DNA of 64,000 bases, taken from NCBI RefSeq assembly GCF_039654945.1, contig NW_027361697.1, forward strand, positions 2,604,001-2,668,000, read 5' to 3'. Below, in pieces: positions 1 through 13,279 of the stretch; position 1 is the stretch's first letter, and each line of letters starts with the position of its first letter. The stretch comes from Dendrobates tinctorius (Eukaryota). The notes below the pieces were generated by a model. It did no database searches. It was not told where the DNA came from and worked only from the letters and a program-made list of their open reading frames with translations. Both the position numbers and the translations under genes were made by a program.

Positions 1-951
1 GGCCGATAGCTGCTACTGCATAGGCGCCGGCGGTGCCATCTAGGATGAGGAAATTTTTTCTTCTCTAACAAGATGACACTGCTAGATCCACCGATAACTG
101 TTACTGGGCAGGCACAGCTATGGCCATTTTCAAACTGATTCTTTTATGAATATCAGGATTACATAAAAAAACTTAATTGTATGCTCATTACATATGCGAT
201 CAGGCTGCAGAGCAGGCACCACCACTGGCGCGTACCTGCAGAAGGGTGTTTTTTTTTTCCAAACTATACAAAGGATATTCTTTATGTAAACTAGGGGGCC
301 GGTCAGTGAGGCATCAGTGACCTGTCAGAATCCATACACATGAATACCTAATCAGAGCACCACATGAAGACCCCCCCACAAGCCGCCCCGAAGCACGGGC
401 ATATCATTAAGGGTACCGTCACATTTAGCGAAGCACCAGCGATCCCGACAACAATACGACCCGGTCAGGATTGCTGGTGCATCGCTAAATGGTCGCTGTG
501 AGCTGCCAAACAGGCAGATCTCATCAGCGATGCAGCAGCAGTCGGCGGTCGTTACTTACCTGTCAGACGCGGCGATGAAGACATCCTCCCGCCCGCGTCC
601 ACGCGTCGCTCGTCGGTGCCAGCAGGAAGCCCAGCAGGAAGCGGCCGATGAGAAACAGCCCAGAACGTTCTCGCGCGATAAGCGATAGACAGCGGGGGAG
701 CCGGTCGGAGGAAAGTATCACACATAGCGATATCGCTAGCAATATCGCTGCTGCGTCACAAAATCGGTGACGCTTAAGCGATATCGCTAGCGATCTCGCT
801 TAGTGTGACCGGGCCTTAACTCAAAACTGATAATAAAAATGAAACAACCACAAGACGGATTCCATCACCAGGTATCATTGTAATCAGTATAACGGCACTG
901 ACCTGACGCTGTCTGTAGGTTACTGAGCACAATCCTGCTGACAGGTTCCCT
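1..951. mobile_element. TTAA-targeting non-autonomous DNA element (T2/Kolobok-like MITE), right end only; left end not identified (probably before the window)
   Basis: Ends in ...CTGACAGGTTCCCT|TTAA (952-955), a terminus type seen repeatedly in this window; interrupted by the MITE at 411-816. Confidence 0.55.
411..816. mobile_element. PIF/Harbinger-type MITE
   Basis: TIRs GGGTACCGTCACA / (rc) AGGCCCGGTCACA; TAA on both sides (408-410, 817-819); many ATCGCT/AGCGAT subterminal motifs; second copy in opposite orientation at 25689-26084. Confidence 0.85.
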
Positions 952-1059
952 TTAAGCAAAATATGTTACTTGCATTTTTTCAAAGACACGCAGCATTTTT
1001 TAAACTCACCAAAAACTCAATGTGGGAATGCAGCCTAATGGGAAACTAAGAAACTGTAA

Positions 1060-1494
1060 GGCCATGTTCATATGTTGCATTTTTGTTGCATTTTTTCTGT
1101 AGCCAAAACCTGCTCGCTGGCCAGTAAGAAAAAGCTGTTTACAAAAAGCAGGTTTCACTTTGTTTTGGCTGCATTTATGCTGCATTTTTTTGGGCGCAGC
1201 TTATATGCGTCAGTTGTCTACAGTACATGTTTAATAAAGGTAGTTTCATTCACCAAAAAGCAGCAAAAACGCTTTCGCATTTCTTTCTATGGTGAAAAAG
1301 AATGCTGCAAAAACGCTGAAAGAATTGACATGCTGCAGTTTTCAAAAAAGCAGCAGATTTCCAATTCAGACAGGAAAAAAAACAAGCTGTGTGCATGAGA
1401 TTTCTGAAATATCATAGCTATTGCTGGTACTGTAAAAAGCAGCTTTGAATTTGCTTAAAAAAGCTCTGCAAAAACGCAATGTGTGTACATACCC
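1060..1494. mobile_element. PIF/Harbinger-type MITE
   Basis: Imperfect TIRs GGCCATGTTCATA / (rc) GGGTATGTACACA; TAA/TTA flanks; related internal segment recurs at ~3280-3580. Confidence 0.7.
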
Positions 1495-1498
1495 TTAA

Positions 1499-2105
1499 CC
1501 CCTTTCTGACATCAGACGTACTATTCCATCCATGTGCCCTGAGCCAATTTGACCATGAACGGAATAGTACGTCTCAGTAATCGGCCGCGCACACAGGCTC
1601 TACTTCTCTTCTTTTATTTTCTGTCATATTTACCCCCCAAAGTGACTTCAAATGTGATGTTGTCCCTAATAAAAAATGGTTTTGTAAATTTTGTTGTAAA
1701 AATGAGAAATCTCTGTTTAACTTTTAACCCTTATAACTTCCTAACAAAAAAAAAATTTTGGTTCCCAAATTGTGCTGATGTAAAGTAGACACGTAGGAAA
1801 TGTTACTTATTAACTATTTTATGTCACATATCTCTGTGATTTAAGGGCATAAAAATTCAAATATGGAAAATTGTGAAATTTTCAAAATTTCCGCCAAATT
1901 TCTGTGTTTTTTCACAAATAAACGCAAGTTATATCAAAGAAATTCTACCACTAACATGAAGTACAATATGTCACGAGAAAAGCAATGTCAGAATCACCGG
2001 GATCATGGAAGCGTTGGAGAGTTATTATCTCATAAAGGGACAGTGGTCAGAATTGTAAAAATTGACCTGGTCATTAACATGCAAACCACCCTTGGGGTAA
2101 AGGGG
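1499..2105. mobile_element. piggyBac-like non-autonomous element
   Basis: TTAA|CCCCTT ... AAGGGG|TTAA (TSD 1495-1498 and 2106-2109); 3' part homologous to ~36520-36690. Confidence 0.8.
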
Positions 2106-2129
2106 TTAACGTACAGGTACATTGACTAA

Positions 2130-2541
2130 AGCACCACTCCAATGTTTTGGGTTTTTTTTAGCACTGGAGTGGAGTGGTGCCATAAGTTACATACACCTAG
2201 TATTATACTAGCAACCCTCAGCTTTTCCTGATGCTGCTCCGGTCCTGCATCACCATCTTGTGAAAGGAACTTCTGACTGACCAGAAGTCAGAAGTAACGG
2301 TAACAAGCTCTCAAAGCAAGTGTATGAGAGCTCGTTCTAGCCTCGTTCTGGCTCCCATAGACTTACATTAAGAAGTGACTTCGGGATTGCCCAGCAAACC
2401 CTGCAGTGATTCAACAGGTCACAAACTGCAGAAAACTGACCGTAGAGGTGCCGATAACAGAAGAAGATTTTCTCTGAAAAGTATGAGACCAAGTTCTGGG
2501 AACATAGATTGGTGGCACCGCACCAGCGCTGGAGTGGTGCT
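2130..2541. mobile_element. T2/Kolobok-like MITE
   Basis: Terminal inverted repeat TAAAGCACCACTCCA ... TGGAGTGGTGCTTTA. Confidence 0.7.
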
Positions 2542-3082
2542 TTATTATGTGTGATCTGTTTACATAAAGTAAAGCTAAAGTTCTTTACATGGCTATAAAT
2601 TGTACAACCAAACTTTTTTTTTTTTTATACTTTTTTTCCTAGTTTTTGAATTAGTAAATGCTGTTGGATTTCAACTACTTTACAATTCCATGTACAGCAG
2701 ATGGTAATGGAAATGCAGATAAATCTGTAAAAACAGAAGAGGTCGATGAGTGGATTCTATTGAGAGAATATGATAATAGACACATTTACATAAATAGTGA
2801 TGACCATTATTTGTAAGCATCATTATCTATAATAAGAGTAATAAATAAAATGAGGTTTTCTGGTGAACTGAAGAACGCAGTAATGAATTCTTCAATTTAC
2901 GTGATGCTCAATATTTGAATAACTTCAACTATGACTTGACCTGGGTTAATTGTGTAGAACTCAATGCAAATTGTAGTTCTACCGATGACATAATGGTAGA
3001 AATGTCCATGGCAGATAGATATATTGCTGCTTTATTGTGCCAACAGATTAGATAAAGGAGAACACTCTAAAGATAACAACTC

Positions 3083-3168
3083 GGACATATCTCCCAGTAC
3101 GGGTTTGTCCACTTTGCCCCCTTCTGTGGACATATCTCCTAGTACAGGTTTGTCCACTTTGCCCCTCT
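3083..3168. repeat. Two-copy direct repeat (~46 bp period)
   Basis: GGACATATCTCC(C/T)AGTAC(G/A)GGTTTGTCCACTTTGCCCC occurs twice in tandem. Confidence 0.8.
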
Positions 3169-4796
3169 TCTTCTGAACTGTAATTGATGCAATGTGAGAG
3201 CCCTGCTAATATTGCACAGGACTTCAAATCTTGGGTCAGATATAAGAGGAGGGCGAAAACCCAAAAGCTGATAGTCACATACAGCATTTTTGTTGTTTTT
3301 TTTTTTCCTGCAGCCAAATTCTTCTTTTTTGGTATTAAAAATCCAAAATGCCTGTTTTGAGCCGTTTTGGTGCATTTTGACTCATTTTTTTGCAGGTTTT
3401 TTTGAGTGCAGATTACATGTGTGCTGTGTTTACAGTACATGTTTAATAAAGTTTTTTTATTCACCCCAAATTCTTCAAAAATACTGCAAAAATGCAGCAA
3501 AAATATTGGTTTCACTTTTTTCAGTGTTTTTTTCTCTTTCTCATCGCTACAAAAGAAAGCTGGAAGAATTGACATACTGTTGGTTTAAAATATGTGTGTA
3601 TATAAGATTTCGGAAATATATATTTTATATTATTAATATTTATTAATAATAAGAAGAAGACATCGGATTGCAGATATCAAGGTATTATTTTATTCAACTT
3701 TCTATAACTTACATATCTATAAGAAGATTGATTTTAGTGATAGATTCCCTTTAAGTCATATTAGGTTGGTTCACGGGAAGAGCAGATGTAGAGAGAAAAT
3801 TAGGTGCAGGAAGCAGGTACAGTTACTTTTCACTACATTGATAGCAGCTGTAATCACTCTCCCCTGCATCTTGACTTACAGCCAGCTCTATGCACGCACA
3901 CAGTGGAACAGGCTGTCAATCAAAGTGCAGGGGGAGTGATTACGGCACATGTGTAGTGAGCGGTGACTGTAACTGCTTCATCCACCGCCCCGATGACTGG
4001 AAGTGAGTGGCTGCAGGGAAAATATACCTTCATTTTGTTCCTGTAATTGCTCTTCCAGTAAGCTCGCCAGACATTTCTTAAATGATATTTACCTGCACAT
4101 CACCATTACAGGAAGGGAAACAGGATTTTGGAGGTGACAGGTTCTCTTTAATTTGAATCTCCAATATGTTCGAGTCCCCGCGCTTGTATGTCTCGTGGCT
4201 GTTCAATAGCCCCAACACATGCAGGATTTGCCTAACAAACAGACAATTTGTGCATGTGCTATGGCTGTTGAACATGCAGCCATGGGGACTCAAACAAATT
4301 TTTCGAGCACGCCGAAGACACTCGGTTAGGACCCGAGCATGCTCCAATAACACCTTATATGAGCACGTTCGCTGATCACTTCTCATAACTTCAATAACCC
4401 TTAATACCAAGCGAACAGCTACAGTGTCTCCATTTTATCACCTGCTGTGTGAAGATTGTACAATGTTGTATCATTTGTATTTAGATACACATATATAATT
4501 TCTGCTATATTAGATAAGCAGCACGTTACCCTGTGTAATTCACATGTAATTAAAGACAGCATTTTGTATATAATTTGCGCTAATATTCCTGATAACTTAT
4601 AATTGAAAAAAGTACATTTAACTTATCACTTTCACAGCAGTCCTAATGGATGAAAGAATTGAGAAGATTGCAAATGCTTTTGTAAAGCTTGCCTACTGTG
4701 CTGGTAGCAAAAGAGAGAAAGTGGTGAGGAACCCCAGAAAGCTTTATTCTGTTGGAAAATAAGCAGATTACTATATATAAATATTCTGTGTGTATA

Positions 4797-4834
<38 letters not shown>

Positions 4835-4837
<3 letters not shown>

Positions 4838-6401
4838 TTGTGTGAAAAAGAGTTTGACCCCTTCCTGATTTCCTATTACACACATAATCACAAAATGCAG
4901 TTTTTTTAATGAAGGTCTTTATTAAGGGAAAAAGAAATCCCAACCCACAGGGCTCCATGCAAAAAAGTGATTGCCCCTAAACCTAATAACTGGTTGGGCC
5001 ATCCTTAATGGCAACAACTGCTGTCAAGTGTTTGCGATAACTGACAATAAGTCTTTTTCAGCGCTCTGGAGGAATTTTGGCCCACTCATCTTTGCAGAAT
5101 TGTTGTAATTCAGCCACATTGGAGGATTTCCAAGCATGAGCCATCTTTTTAAGGTCATGCCACAGCATCTCAATCATATTAAGGTCAGGACTTTGACTAG
5201 GCCACTCCAAAGTCTTAATTATGTTTTTCTGAAACCATTCAGAAGAGGACTTACTGGAGTGTGTTTTGGATCATTGTCCTGCTGTATAACCTACGTGTGC
5301 TTCAGCTTGAAGTCACAAACAGATGGCAGGACATTTTTCTTCAGGATTTTTTGGTAAACAGCAGAATTCACGGTTCCATTTGCCACAGCAAGTCTTCCAG
5401 GTCCTGAAGCAGCAAAATAGCCCCAGTCCATTACACTACCACCAACACCTTATTTTACTGTTGGTATGATGTTCCTGAAATGCTGTGTTACTTCTACGCC
5501 AGATGTAATGGGACATAAACCTTCCAAAAACTTTTTACAGACTTTTGTCTCGTCAGACCACATAGTATTCTCCCAAAAGGCTTTGGGATCATCAAATGTT
5601 TTCTGGCAAAACTGAGATGAGCCTTTATGTACTTTTTGCTTAGCAGTGGTTTTTGTCTTGGAACACTGCCAAGCAGGCCATTTTTGCCCAGTCTCTTTCA
5701 TATGGTGAATTCATGAACACTGACCTTAACTGAGGCAAGAGAGGCCTGCAGTTCTTTGGATGTTGTTGTGGGGTCTTTTGTGACCTCTTGGATGAGTTGT
5801 TGCTGCGTTCTTGGGGTAATTTTGGTCAGCCGGCCACTCCAGGTAAGGTTCAAAACTGTTACATGTTTTCGCCATTTGTGGATAATTCCTCTCACTGTGG
5901 TTCACTGGAGTCCTAAAGCTTTTGAAATGGCTTTATAACCTTTTCCAGACCAATAGATCTCAATTACTTTGTTTCTCATTTGATCCAGAATTTCTTTGGA
6001 TCACGGGCAAGGCATGATGTCTAGCATTTCAGCATCTCGTGGTCTACTTCACTTTTTCAGGCAGGTCCTATTTAAATGATTTCTTGATTGAGAATAGGTG
6101 TGGCAGTAATCAGGACTAGGTGTGACTAGGGAATTTGAACTCAACTTCCCAAAGATGTGATAAACTACAGTTAATTTTTAAGGAGGGGAGGGGCAATCAC
6201 TTTTTCACACAGGGCCCTGTAGGTTTGGATTTATTTTTCCCTTAATAATAAAGACCTTTATTTAAAACTGCATTTTGTGTTTACTTGTCTTGTGTTATCT
6301 TTGTCTAATATTTAAATTTGATTGGTGATCTAAAACATTTAAGTGTGAAAAACATGCAAAAGAATAGGAAATCGGGAAGGGAGATATACTTTTTCACATA
6401 A

Positions 6402-6404
<3 letters not shown>
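4835..6404 (-). mobile_element. Tc1-family DNA transposon (long IR/DR-type TIRs), decayed transposase
   Basis: TIR CAGTTGTGTGAAAAAG ... TTTTTCACATAACTG with inner repeats; minus-strand fragments GIIHKWRKH..SGRLTKITPRT..KELQASLA (5698-5895) and FWENTMWSDETKV..IIPTVK (5450-5701); (TA)n on both sides. Confidence 0.92.
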
Positions 6405-6440
<36 letters not shown>

Positions 6441-6463
6441 ATATATATATGTGTGTGTTTATA

Positions 6464-7235
6464 CGGTGCCTTGAAAAATTATTCATACTTGATGAACTTT
6501 TCTTCATGTTTTTCAAGTTACACCCGTAAACTTACCGTAAATTTATTTTATTGGGATTTTATGTGCTAAACCAACCCAAAGTTTCAAATATCTGTGAAGT
6601 GTAATGAGAATGATACATGGTTTTCTAAATATCTTAAAAATATAAATCTGAAAATTGTGATGTGCATTTCCCCAGTGTCAATACTTTGTAGGACCACCTT
6701 TCCTTGCAATTACTGCTGCACGTCTTTGGGCTGAAATTTTTGACCATTATCCTTTGTACACTCACTCTAGGTCAGTGAGAGAGGCTGGAGACATCTGTGA
6801 AAAGCTTTTTACTTGTATTGCCATAGATTTTCAATGGATTTAGATCTGGGCTGTGTCTGGGCCATTCACACACATGAATAAACTTTGAACGTAACCATTA
6901 CATTGTAGTTCTGGCAGTATGTTTAGGGAGAGATTATCCTGGTCTAAGGGGAACCTTTGTCCCAGTCTCAAATCAATTGCGGCCTCAAACAGGTTTTCTT
7001 CCAGGATTGCCCTGTATTTAGCTCCATCCTGCTTCCCATCTAATCTGGCCAGCTTGCCTGTCCCTGCTAAAGAAAAGTCTCCCCACAGCATGATGCTGCC
7101 ACCACCATGTTTGACGGTGGGATGATTTTTTTAGGGTGACATGCAGATTTCCGCCTCACATAGAGTTTTGTATTTAATCCTTAGTCCCAAAAGTTCTACT
7201 TTTGCCTCATCTGACCTTAGCACCTTCTTCCACAT
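6464..7235 (-). mobile_element. Truncated Tc1-family transposon (one TIR plus transposase C-terminal half)
   Basis: TA|CGGTGCCTTGAAAA terminus; ORF 6840-7091 MLWGDFSLAGTGKLARLDGKQDGAKYRAILEENL..QDN. Confidence 0.85.
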
Positions 7236-8271
7236 GCCATGTAGGGAATAAAGCTAGCATGTGGAAGAAGTTGCTTTTCCACATGTTGCAAAAAATTGCA
7301 TCAGCAAGAGAAGGCTCCCATGGCCTCAGGAAGGCTTTGTCATAATGCCTTGCAGCTATCATATCACATGCTATAGCACAGCCATTTACTAGGTAATATT
7401 ACCTGTACAAAATCAGAGTCAGAGAATGCAGCAGCAATTATGGTGTGAATCTGGACAGTGAAAGGATATCACATCTCACATCCTAGTCATAGGCATAGGG
7501 AGGGAAAGCTGTAAAATACTTTTTTATGGTTTTTATTTTCATTTTTATTATTTTTCATTTATCTTTTTGCATTTGTCACTGCACTTATTTTTTTATTTTA
7601 TTTTTTGAATATATTAGTGAATATTAATTGTAATACTGCAGTTAATTCTAAATTCGATTTATTTATAGATATGACATTTTTCACATAAAATTGCTACAAA
7701 ATTATTTATATTGCATTGTCACTTTATTAATATATATTTTTATATACTATATATTGGTGGTCTTTTCACTAAATAAATTAATTATACCGCTATTTTATCA
7801 CTTTATGCACTTCAGTTTGTTTATTGCTGGTATTTAACAAGAATTTTGTTAAGTCTATATTTGGGTCACTAGATATTGATGTTTTTTTATGAACTATATA
7901 TATGTCCTTATTCTATAGGGACACATCACTATTGTGGTTTTGTGTCACGTTCAGACTTGCGGTCACAAATGAGCAAAGTACTTTTCTATACAAGGATCCT
8001 TCTCATTATTCCTTTTGTGCATTCTTGGATGTGCAGCTGCAGGTGCACATGCATGATTATCCTGGCCTCTGTCTGCTTCCGGGGACGCTCTTACACTGAT
8101 ATGCAGACGCCAGTGTTTGCGTGTCATTGAGCGTTACCCAGAGGAAGTATGTCATCAGGAGGCGGGCTGACACGTCATGCGCCGTGGATTGCTGGTGCCG
8201 TCCTTCTTCCCGTTTCTTCTTACTCACTGGCTGTAGGCCATATAAATATTCATGTACCCCTCACCCTGGCA

Positions 8272-8310
8272 CACCCCTGGAAGAAGCAGGTGGCGAAATG
8301 CGTTTGGGTG
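8272..8310 (+). ncRNA. Degenerate minimal hammerhead-like motif, probably in a Penelope-like remnant (~7900-8800)
   Basis: ACCC-CTG(G)AAGA-AGCAGGTGGC-GAAA-TGCG-TT-TGGGT resembles CUGAnGA..GAAACGCGUH but has core changes. Confidence 0.35.
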
Positions 8311-9121
8311 AGGGGACGCTGAGCGGACACATCTCTCTTCACTGGTAATTATATATCTTCATTTTCTAAGCACCATTCACTTTACCATGGTCCATAAATT
8401 GCTGTAGGGACTTTGATTGGGGATATCGCTGTTAGTACTTGTGCTCTATTCATATATATATACAGTATGGTTATCTTACCACATCACAACAATAGGTTAT
8501 ATGTAATGTGATGTTTTGGGCTACATTATTAACAGTGTTTTATGTTTATGAGAGACATTGTTCATTCTATTGGCATAGTATATTTCCCTATTATACCCGT
8601 TATAAGCATCTATATCGAATCCATTTGGTAATTTGTGCATTGATGTTTCTGTATTTAATACAAAAATTTTTGATTGATTTTCCGCAGCTTGGTGTCCCCT
8701 AGACAGTATTTTGCTTTTTATTATCCATTTTTTATAGTCTATTTTTATCTTGATTGTTTAATAAAATATTGACTTTTAATGTTTGGGATCTCTTCCTTTT
8801 TCTCCCATGAGACTTATGCATATGGGATTTATGTATTTATTCTTTTTAAAGTGCCCGATATGATTTTGGACATTTATTGTTGAATTAGCCATAAACTATT
8901 GTAGAATCTGTTCAGAAACTGTGTGACAGCATAGCAGTAAAAAAAATTAGGACATGAGGGAAAGAGAATAGGAATCATACACGATATTGAGTATAATTGG
9001 AGGCTGTCGAGTACTTTTAATTCACTGCATATTGATTTGGCTAAAACTAAATTTCCTCAAAAAAACTAGAGGAATCTGCTGACTTTGAATTTCAAAAAAT
9101 TTGCTTATCTTTAGCCATAAT

Positions 9122-9530
9122 TAGAGATAGGTGGATCCCTGGATGTTCGGATCAGGCATTTTTGGTCTAACAGTTAAAACAAGTTCTGGTTCGGGTACCA
9201 GAACAGTACCCGAAGCCAATCCCGGACTCCATTCACTTGAATGGGGGATCCGAACATTCAGTGTTTGCCACGCTGTCATGTGCATGACAGCACAGCAAAC
9301 ACTGCTTCTGATTGGTGGTAAAATAATTACCACTGGTCAGACAGCCGCGGTTCCCATGATTACCTCCTGTCACTGGCGTATGCTGATGGGGCAACTATTC
9401 CCATCAGTCCAAGCCTGCAGATGCTAATAACAGTGAGAGCAGGTGGTGGCTGATGCAGGCTTTACTACATGGCTCAGGAGGGACCGTTCTTTTACCCCCA
9501 CTAACCTTACAAAAAAGAAATATTGAATAT
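9122..9530. mobile_element. Truncated non-autonomous hAT-like element
   Basis: Starts TAGAGATAGGTGGA (degenerate family TIR) with GTTCGG/CCGAAC subterminal motifs. Confidence 0.5.
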
Positions 9531-9570
9531 TGTGATTTCCAGCTTGCAGTCAGTTTTAGTGGTAACAATA

Positions 9571-9994
9571 GTTGTCCACTGCTCAGACTTCTTCTCAATC
9601 CCTGTGTTTCTCACTGTAAAATAATAACACTTATACTAACCTTCATTGCGGGCACCATTCCAGCAGTGTCAGCACTGTCTCTCACGGGGATTGCGTGACA
9701 TTGTGTCACGCAATCCCTGAGACCAATCAGTGCTGTCACTCTCCCCATCTTTGGCTAAATCACATTTATCTGGAGAAAACGATAGCCGCTGCTCTCCCAC
9801 TTCCTCTGGATGTATGTGATTCATCCACAGGAAAAGACAGTGAAGCTGGCTATAATTGGCACATGATCCCCTAGAGAGCCAGTGTTGAAATCGTTGGAAT
9901 GGTGTCTACACCGGTTGTGAGTATAAGTGTTATTATTTTACAAGGGAAAAACATAGGGATCGAGAAGGAGTTGTCTGAGTAGTGAACAACCCCT
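9571..9994. mobile_element. T2/Kolobok-like MITE enclosed by an extra perfect 30-bp inverted repeat
   Basis: Inner TIR GTTGTCCACTGCTCAGAC / GTCTGAGTAGTGAACAAC-CCCT|TTAA; outer IR 9534-9563 / 9999-10028. Confidence 0.65.
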
Positions 9995-10028
9995 TTAAAC
10001 CACTAAAACTGACTGCAAGCTGGAAATC

Positions 10029-11181
10029 CGTGGGTAAAATTTCCAAATACCTGAAGGTGCCTTGTTCATCTGTACAAACAATTATATGCAAGTATAAACA
10101 AGATGGGAATGTCCAGCTATCATACCACTCAGGAAGGAAACAGGTTCTGTGTCCCAAAGATGAACGTGCTTTGGTCCGACATGTGCATATCCACCCAAGA
10201 ACAAAAGCAAAAGACCTTGTGAAGATGATGGCAGAAGCTGGTAAGATTGTGTCAATATACACAGTGAAACGAGTACTGTATCAGCATGGGCTGAAAGACC
10301 ACTCTGCCACGAAGAAGCCATCACTACAAAAGAAACATAAAAAATCCAGATTAATGTTTGTAAATGCACACAGAAACAAAGACCTTAATTTTTGGAGACA
10401 TGTCCTGTGGTCTGATGAAACTAAAATTGAACTTTTGGGGGGCATATTGACCACTGTTACATTTGGAGATAAAAGGGAGAAGCTTGGAAGCCTAAGAACA
10501 CCATCCCAACTGTGAAACATGGGAGTGACAGCATCATGTTGTGGGGTTGTTTTGCTTCAGGAGGGACTGGTGCACTTCACAAAATAGATGACATCATGAG
10601 AAAAGAAGATTATGTGGCAATACTGAAGCAACATTTCAAGACATCAGCCAGGGAATTAAAGCTTGGGTGGAAATGGGTCTTCCAAATGGACCCAAAGCAT
10701 ACTGCCAAAATGGTAACAAAGTGGTTTAAGGATAACAAAGTCAATGTTTTGGACTGGCCATCACAAAGCCCTGATCTCATTCCTATTGAAAATTTATGGG
10801 CAAAGCTGAAAACGCCGGTGTGTGCAAGGCAGCCTACAAACCTGGATCAGTTACACCAGTTTTGTCAGGAGGAATGGGCCCAAATTCTGGCCAACTTTTG
10901 TGGAGGGATATCACAAATGTTTGACCCAAGTCATTCAGTTTAAGGGCAATGGTACAAAATACTAATGAAAAGTATGTAAACTTTTGACTTTTCAGTAAGT
11001 AATAAAAATGCCTTAACACATTTTCTTTCTCATTATTCTGGCATTTTGGAAATATTCATAATTATGGTAATCCTAATTGACCTAAAACAGGAAAGGCTTA
11101 TTATGATTTCACGTCAGATATTAAGAAAAACATGGAGATGTGTCTTTTTATATAGTGTATGGAAATTTCTGGTTTCAACTG
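10029..11181 (+). mobile_element. 5'-truncated Sleeping Beauty-like Tc1 transposon (frameshifted transposase ~10029-10965)
   Basis: ORFs 9982-10515 and 10512-10943 follow the SB-type transposase (ISKYLKVPCSSVQTI, FWRHVLWSDETKIEL, KHGSDSIMLWGCF, WPSQSPDLIPIENLW); right TIR ...ATTTCTGGTTTCAACTG|TA. Confidence 0.93.
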
Positions 11182-12759
11182 TATAAAGAGAGATCCCAAC
11201 AACAATAAGATTCTCTTTCTCCGCATGTAAGGATAAAGATATAGTGATTAGTGACATCATAAATTATATATTTTTTCTTGAAAATGTCAGTAAATTGGTG
11301 AATTCATTTTATTGTATATGTCCCGTGAGTTGGACTACTTTGGGTTGGACTACTTTAGGTTTGTCTACTCTATGCACACCAGACCAGTGGTGTGATGAGA
11401 AATGTAAGAAACGCACATTTACCCTGTTGCAGTAGTCTAATAACTGCTCAACGTGCACCTTTATTTTTCGACCTTAAAGTCGTAGAATGGGGAAAAAAAA
11501 TAAATTCCAGTGGAATTCTTTTCTTTTTTCTAACTTGAATTTAGACTGAAATAGCATTGGAAATAAATAACCTCCATATAATTTATTGAGTCTATTCTTT
11601 TGCAAGTAAGCACCTGGCCCGCCATTTAATATCCCTGATTACATTTAATCCCTGACCTGTTTTTCTAATAAGGATTGCGCACCTTCTAGAAAATGTTGAA
11701 GGTTCTCTTTTATTATTATTTGTTCCCTAATCCGTTATCATATGAGCTTTTATTTTTTTTTAAACCACCTCTTCTTGGGATTCTTCTTGATAATTCCTTC
11801 ACCCTTTCTTTAGACTTTCAGCTTCTTTTACAATTCGCCGAGCCTTTCTGCCACCTCGGGAACATAATATCTCGTTCTTATGTTTTCTTTCTCCCAGATC
11901 TGCTTTTGTGTGTGTGCTATGTGTGTATGTGTTTAATCCCTTCATGTATTTGAAAAGTTTCAATCACAGTTTTATGCTATAAATACAGAGGTGCCATCGA
12001 AAGTAGAACCTTGTGGGATAGGAGGGGAATTTTCGCAGCTTATGCAGAGATTAATAGGAATCCAGCAGAGAGAGTTTAGGAGGTCAGAAATACACACTAG
12101 TCAAGAAAGGCAAGAGATTTAATACAGCTATAATTTATTTATAATAAGACACCAACATATTCCCTGGCTTGGTACAGCCCGGGTATAACAAGTACAAACA
12201 TAGGTTATACAAAATACAACAATGACTGTTTTTTTCTATACAACTTGGCTAGTAGAAATTGATGGCACAAGAAAAGGAATACTTAACAAAATGTCTATAT
12301 GCAAACCCCCTCTATCTGTCGTAGACTGTGCAATGAATTCTAAGTTGCCTATTTTCTACCACCACAGAATCCATTTCACACAGAGTGTGGTGCTAAAAGT
12401 CAACACAAGTTCACACTCTGCATACGCCTGAAGCTTTCAGCAACACAGCAATCGGAAAATCAGACTCACTGAGAAATACGCAAACAGGACTATTTATTCC
12501 TCGAACACTCAAGACTAGATTTATAGGGTAATCGGCCGAATCAGCCGCACTCATTACGGGGGCCTAAGAGTAAATAAAGGGGGATTCTAGGCTCGCTACA
12601 AGAATAAGAAGACAGGATGTTTCATACAAGATGTGGAACATTTATCCTTGTATTTGAGCCCAAATTTCAGGTCATATTGCAACATTTTATTGTCATAACT
12701 GACTAATCCAAATATATCAAAGTTTTACTCCATTTATTCCCCCATTTTTTATTGCTTAT

Positions 12760-13279
12760 TGTGACATGCAGAAGTAGTGCTGTTGCTTCAAAAGCATCCA
12801 GCAACTACTGGGGTTAACACAGTTACAGGAGACAGGGAGTGGTTAGTAAAGCCCCTAGGGGATTGTGGGGAACTTGTTTACTACAGTATTCTGGCAGCAG
12901 CCGATGGGATGAGTGGTGTGTGATCTGTCTCACAAAAGTTCATGCAGGAGAGCCATAGGGACACAGAGGATTCCTTTACAGAATGGAGCTGGGCTAACCC
13001 CTGTACTGCTAGTTGACAAAGTGTATCAGGAGCAGTTACTGTTTATGAAGCCTGTACCTAAGAGGTTTGAATTGTCCTGAATGTGCTGTGATATTAAACT
13101 ACACTGTTCATCTGTTCAAGAGGACTATATCAATTGCATTTGTGTGAGCAAGTGGATCCATCTAGTGCCTGAGGAAGCTGCAGTGCATGGTCACCCTGAG
13201 TAACGGTTCCCCCCAGAGTTCCAAAGAATTCATGAGAACTGTCGTGCCCCTATCTGAACCTAGCGGTGTACACGTAACA
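12760..13279 (+). mobile_element. Solo LTR (Gypsy-like)
   Basis: TGTGACA...CGTAACA termini; perfect 4-bp TSD TTAT (12756-12759, 13280-13283); ATTAAA at ~13092. Confidence 0.8.

Noticed and set aside
2866-3055. ~63-codon stop-free stretch on the + strand
   Set aside because: No convincing splice sites or recognisable homology; compatible with chance
12012-12600. Minus-strand solo LTR (TGT...ACA ends)
   Set aside because: No matching TSD or second copy; support too weak
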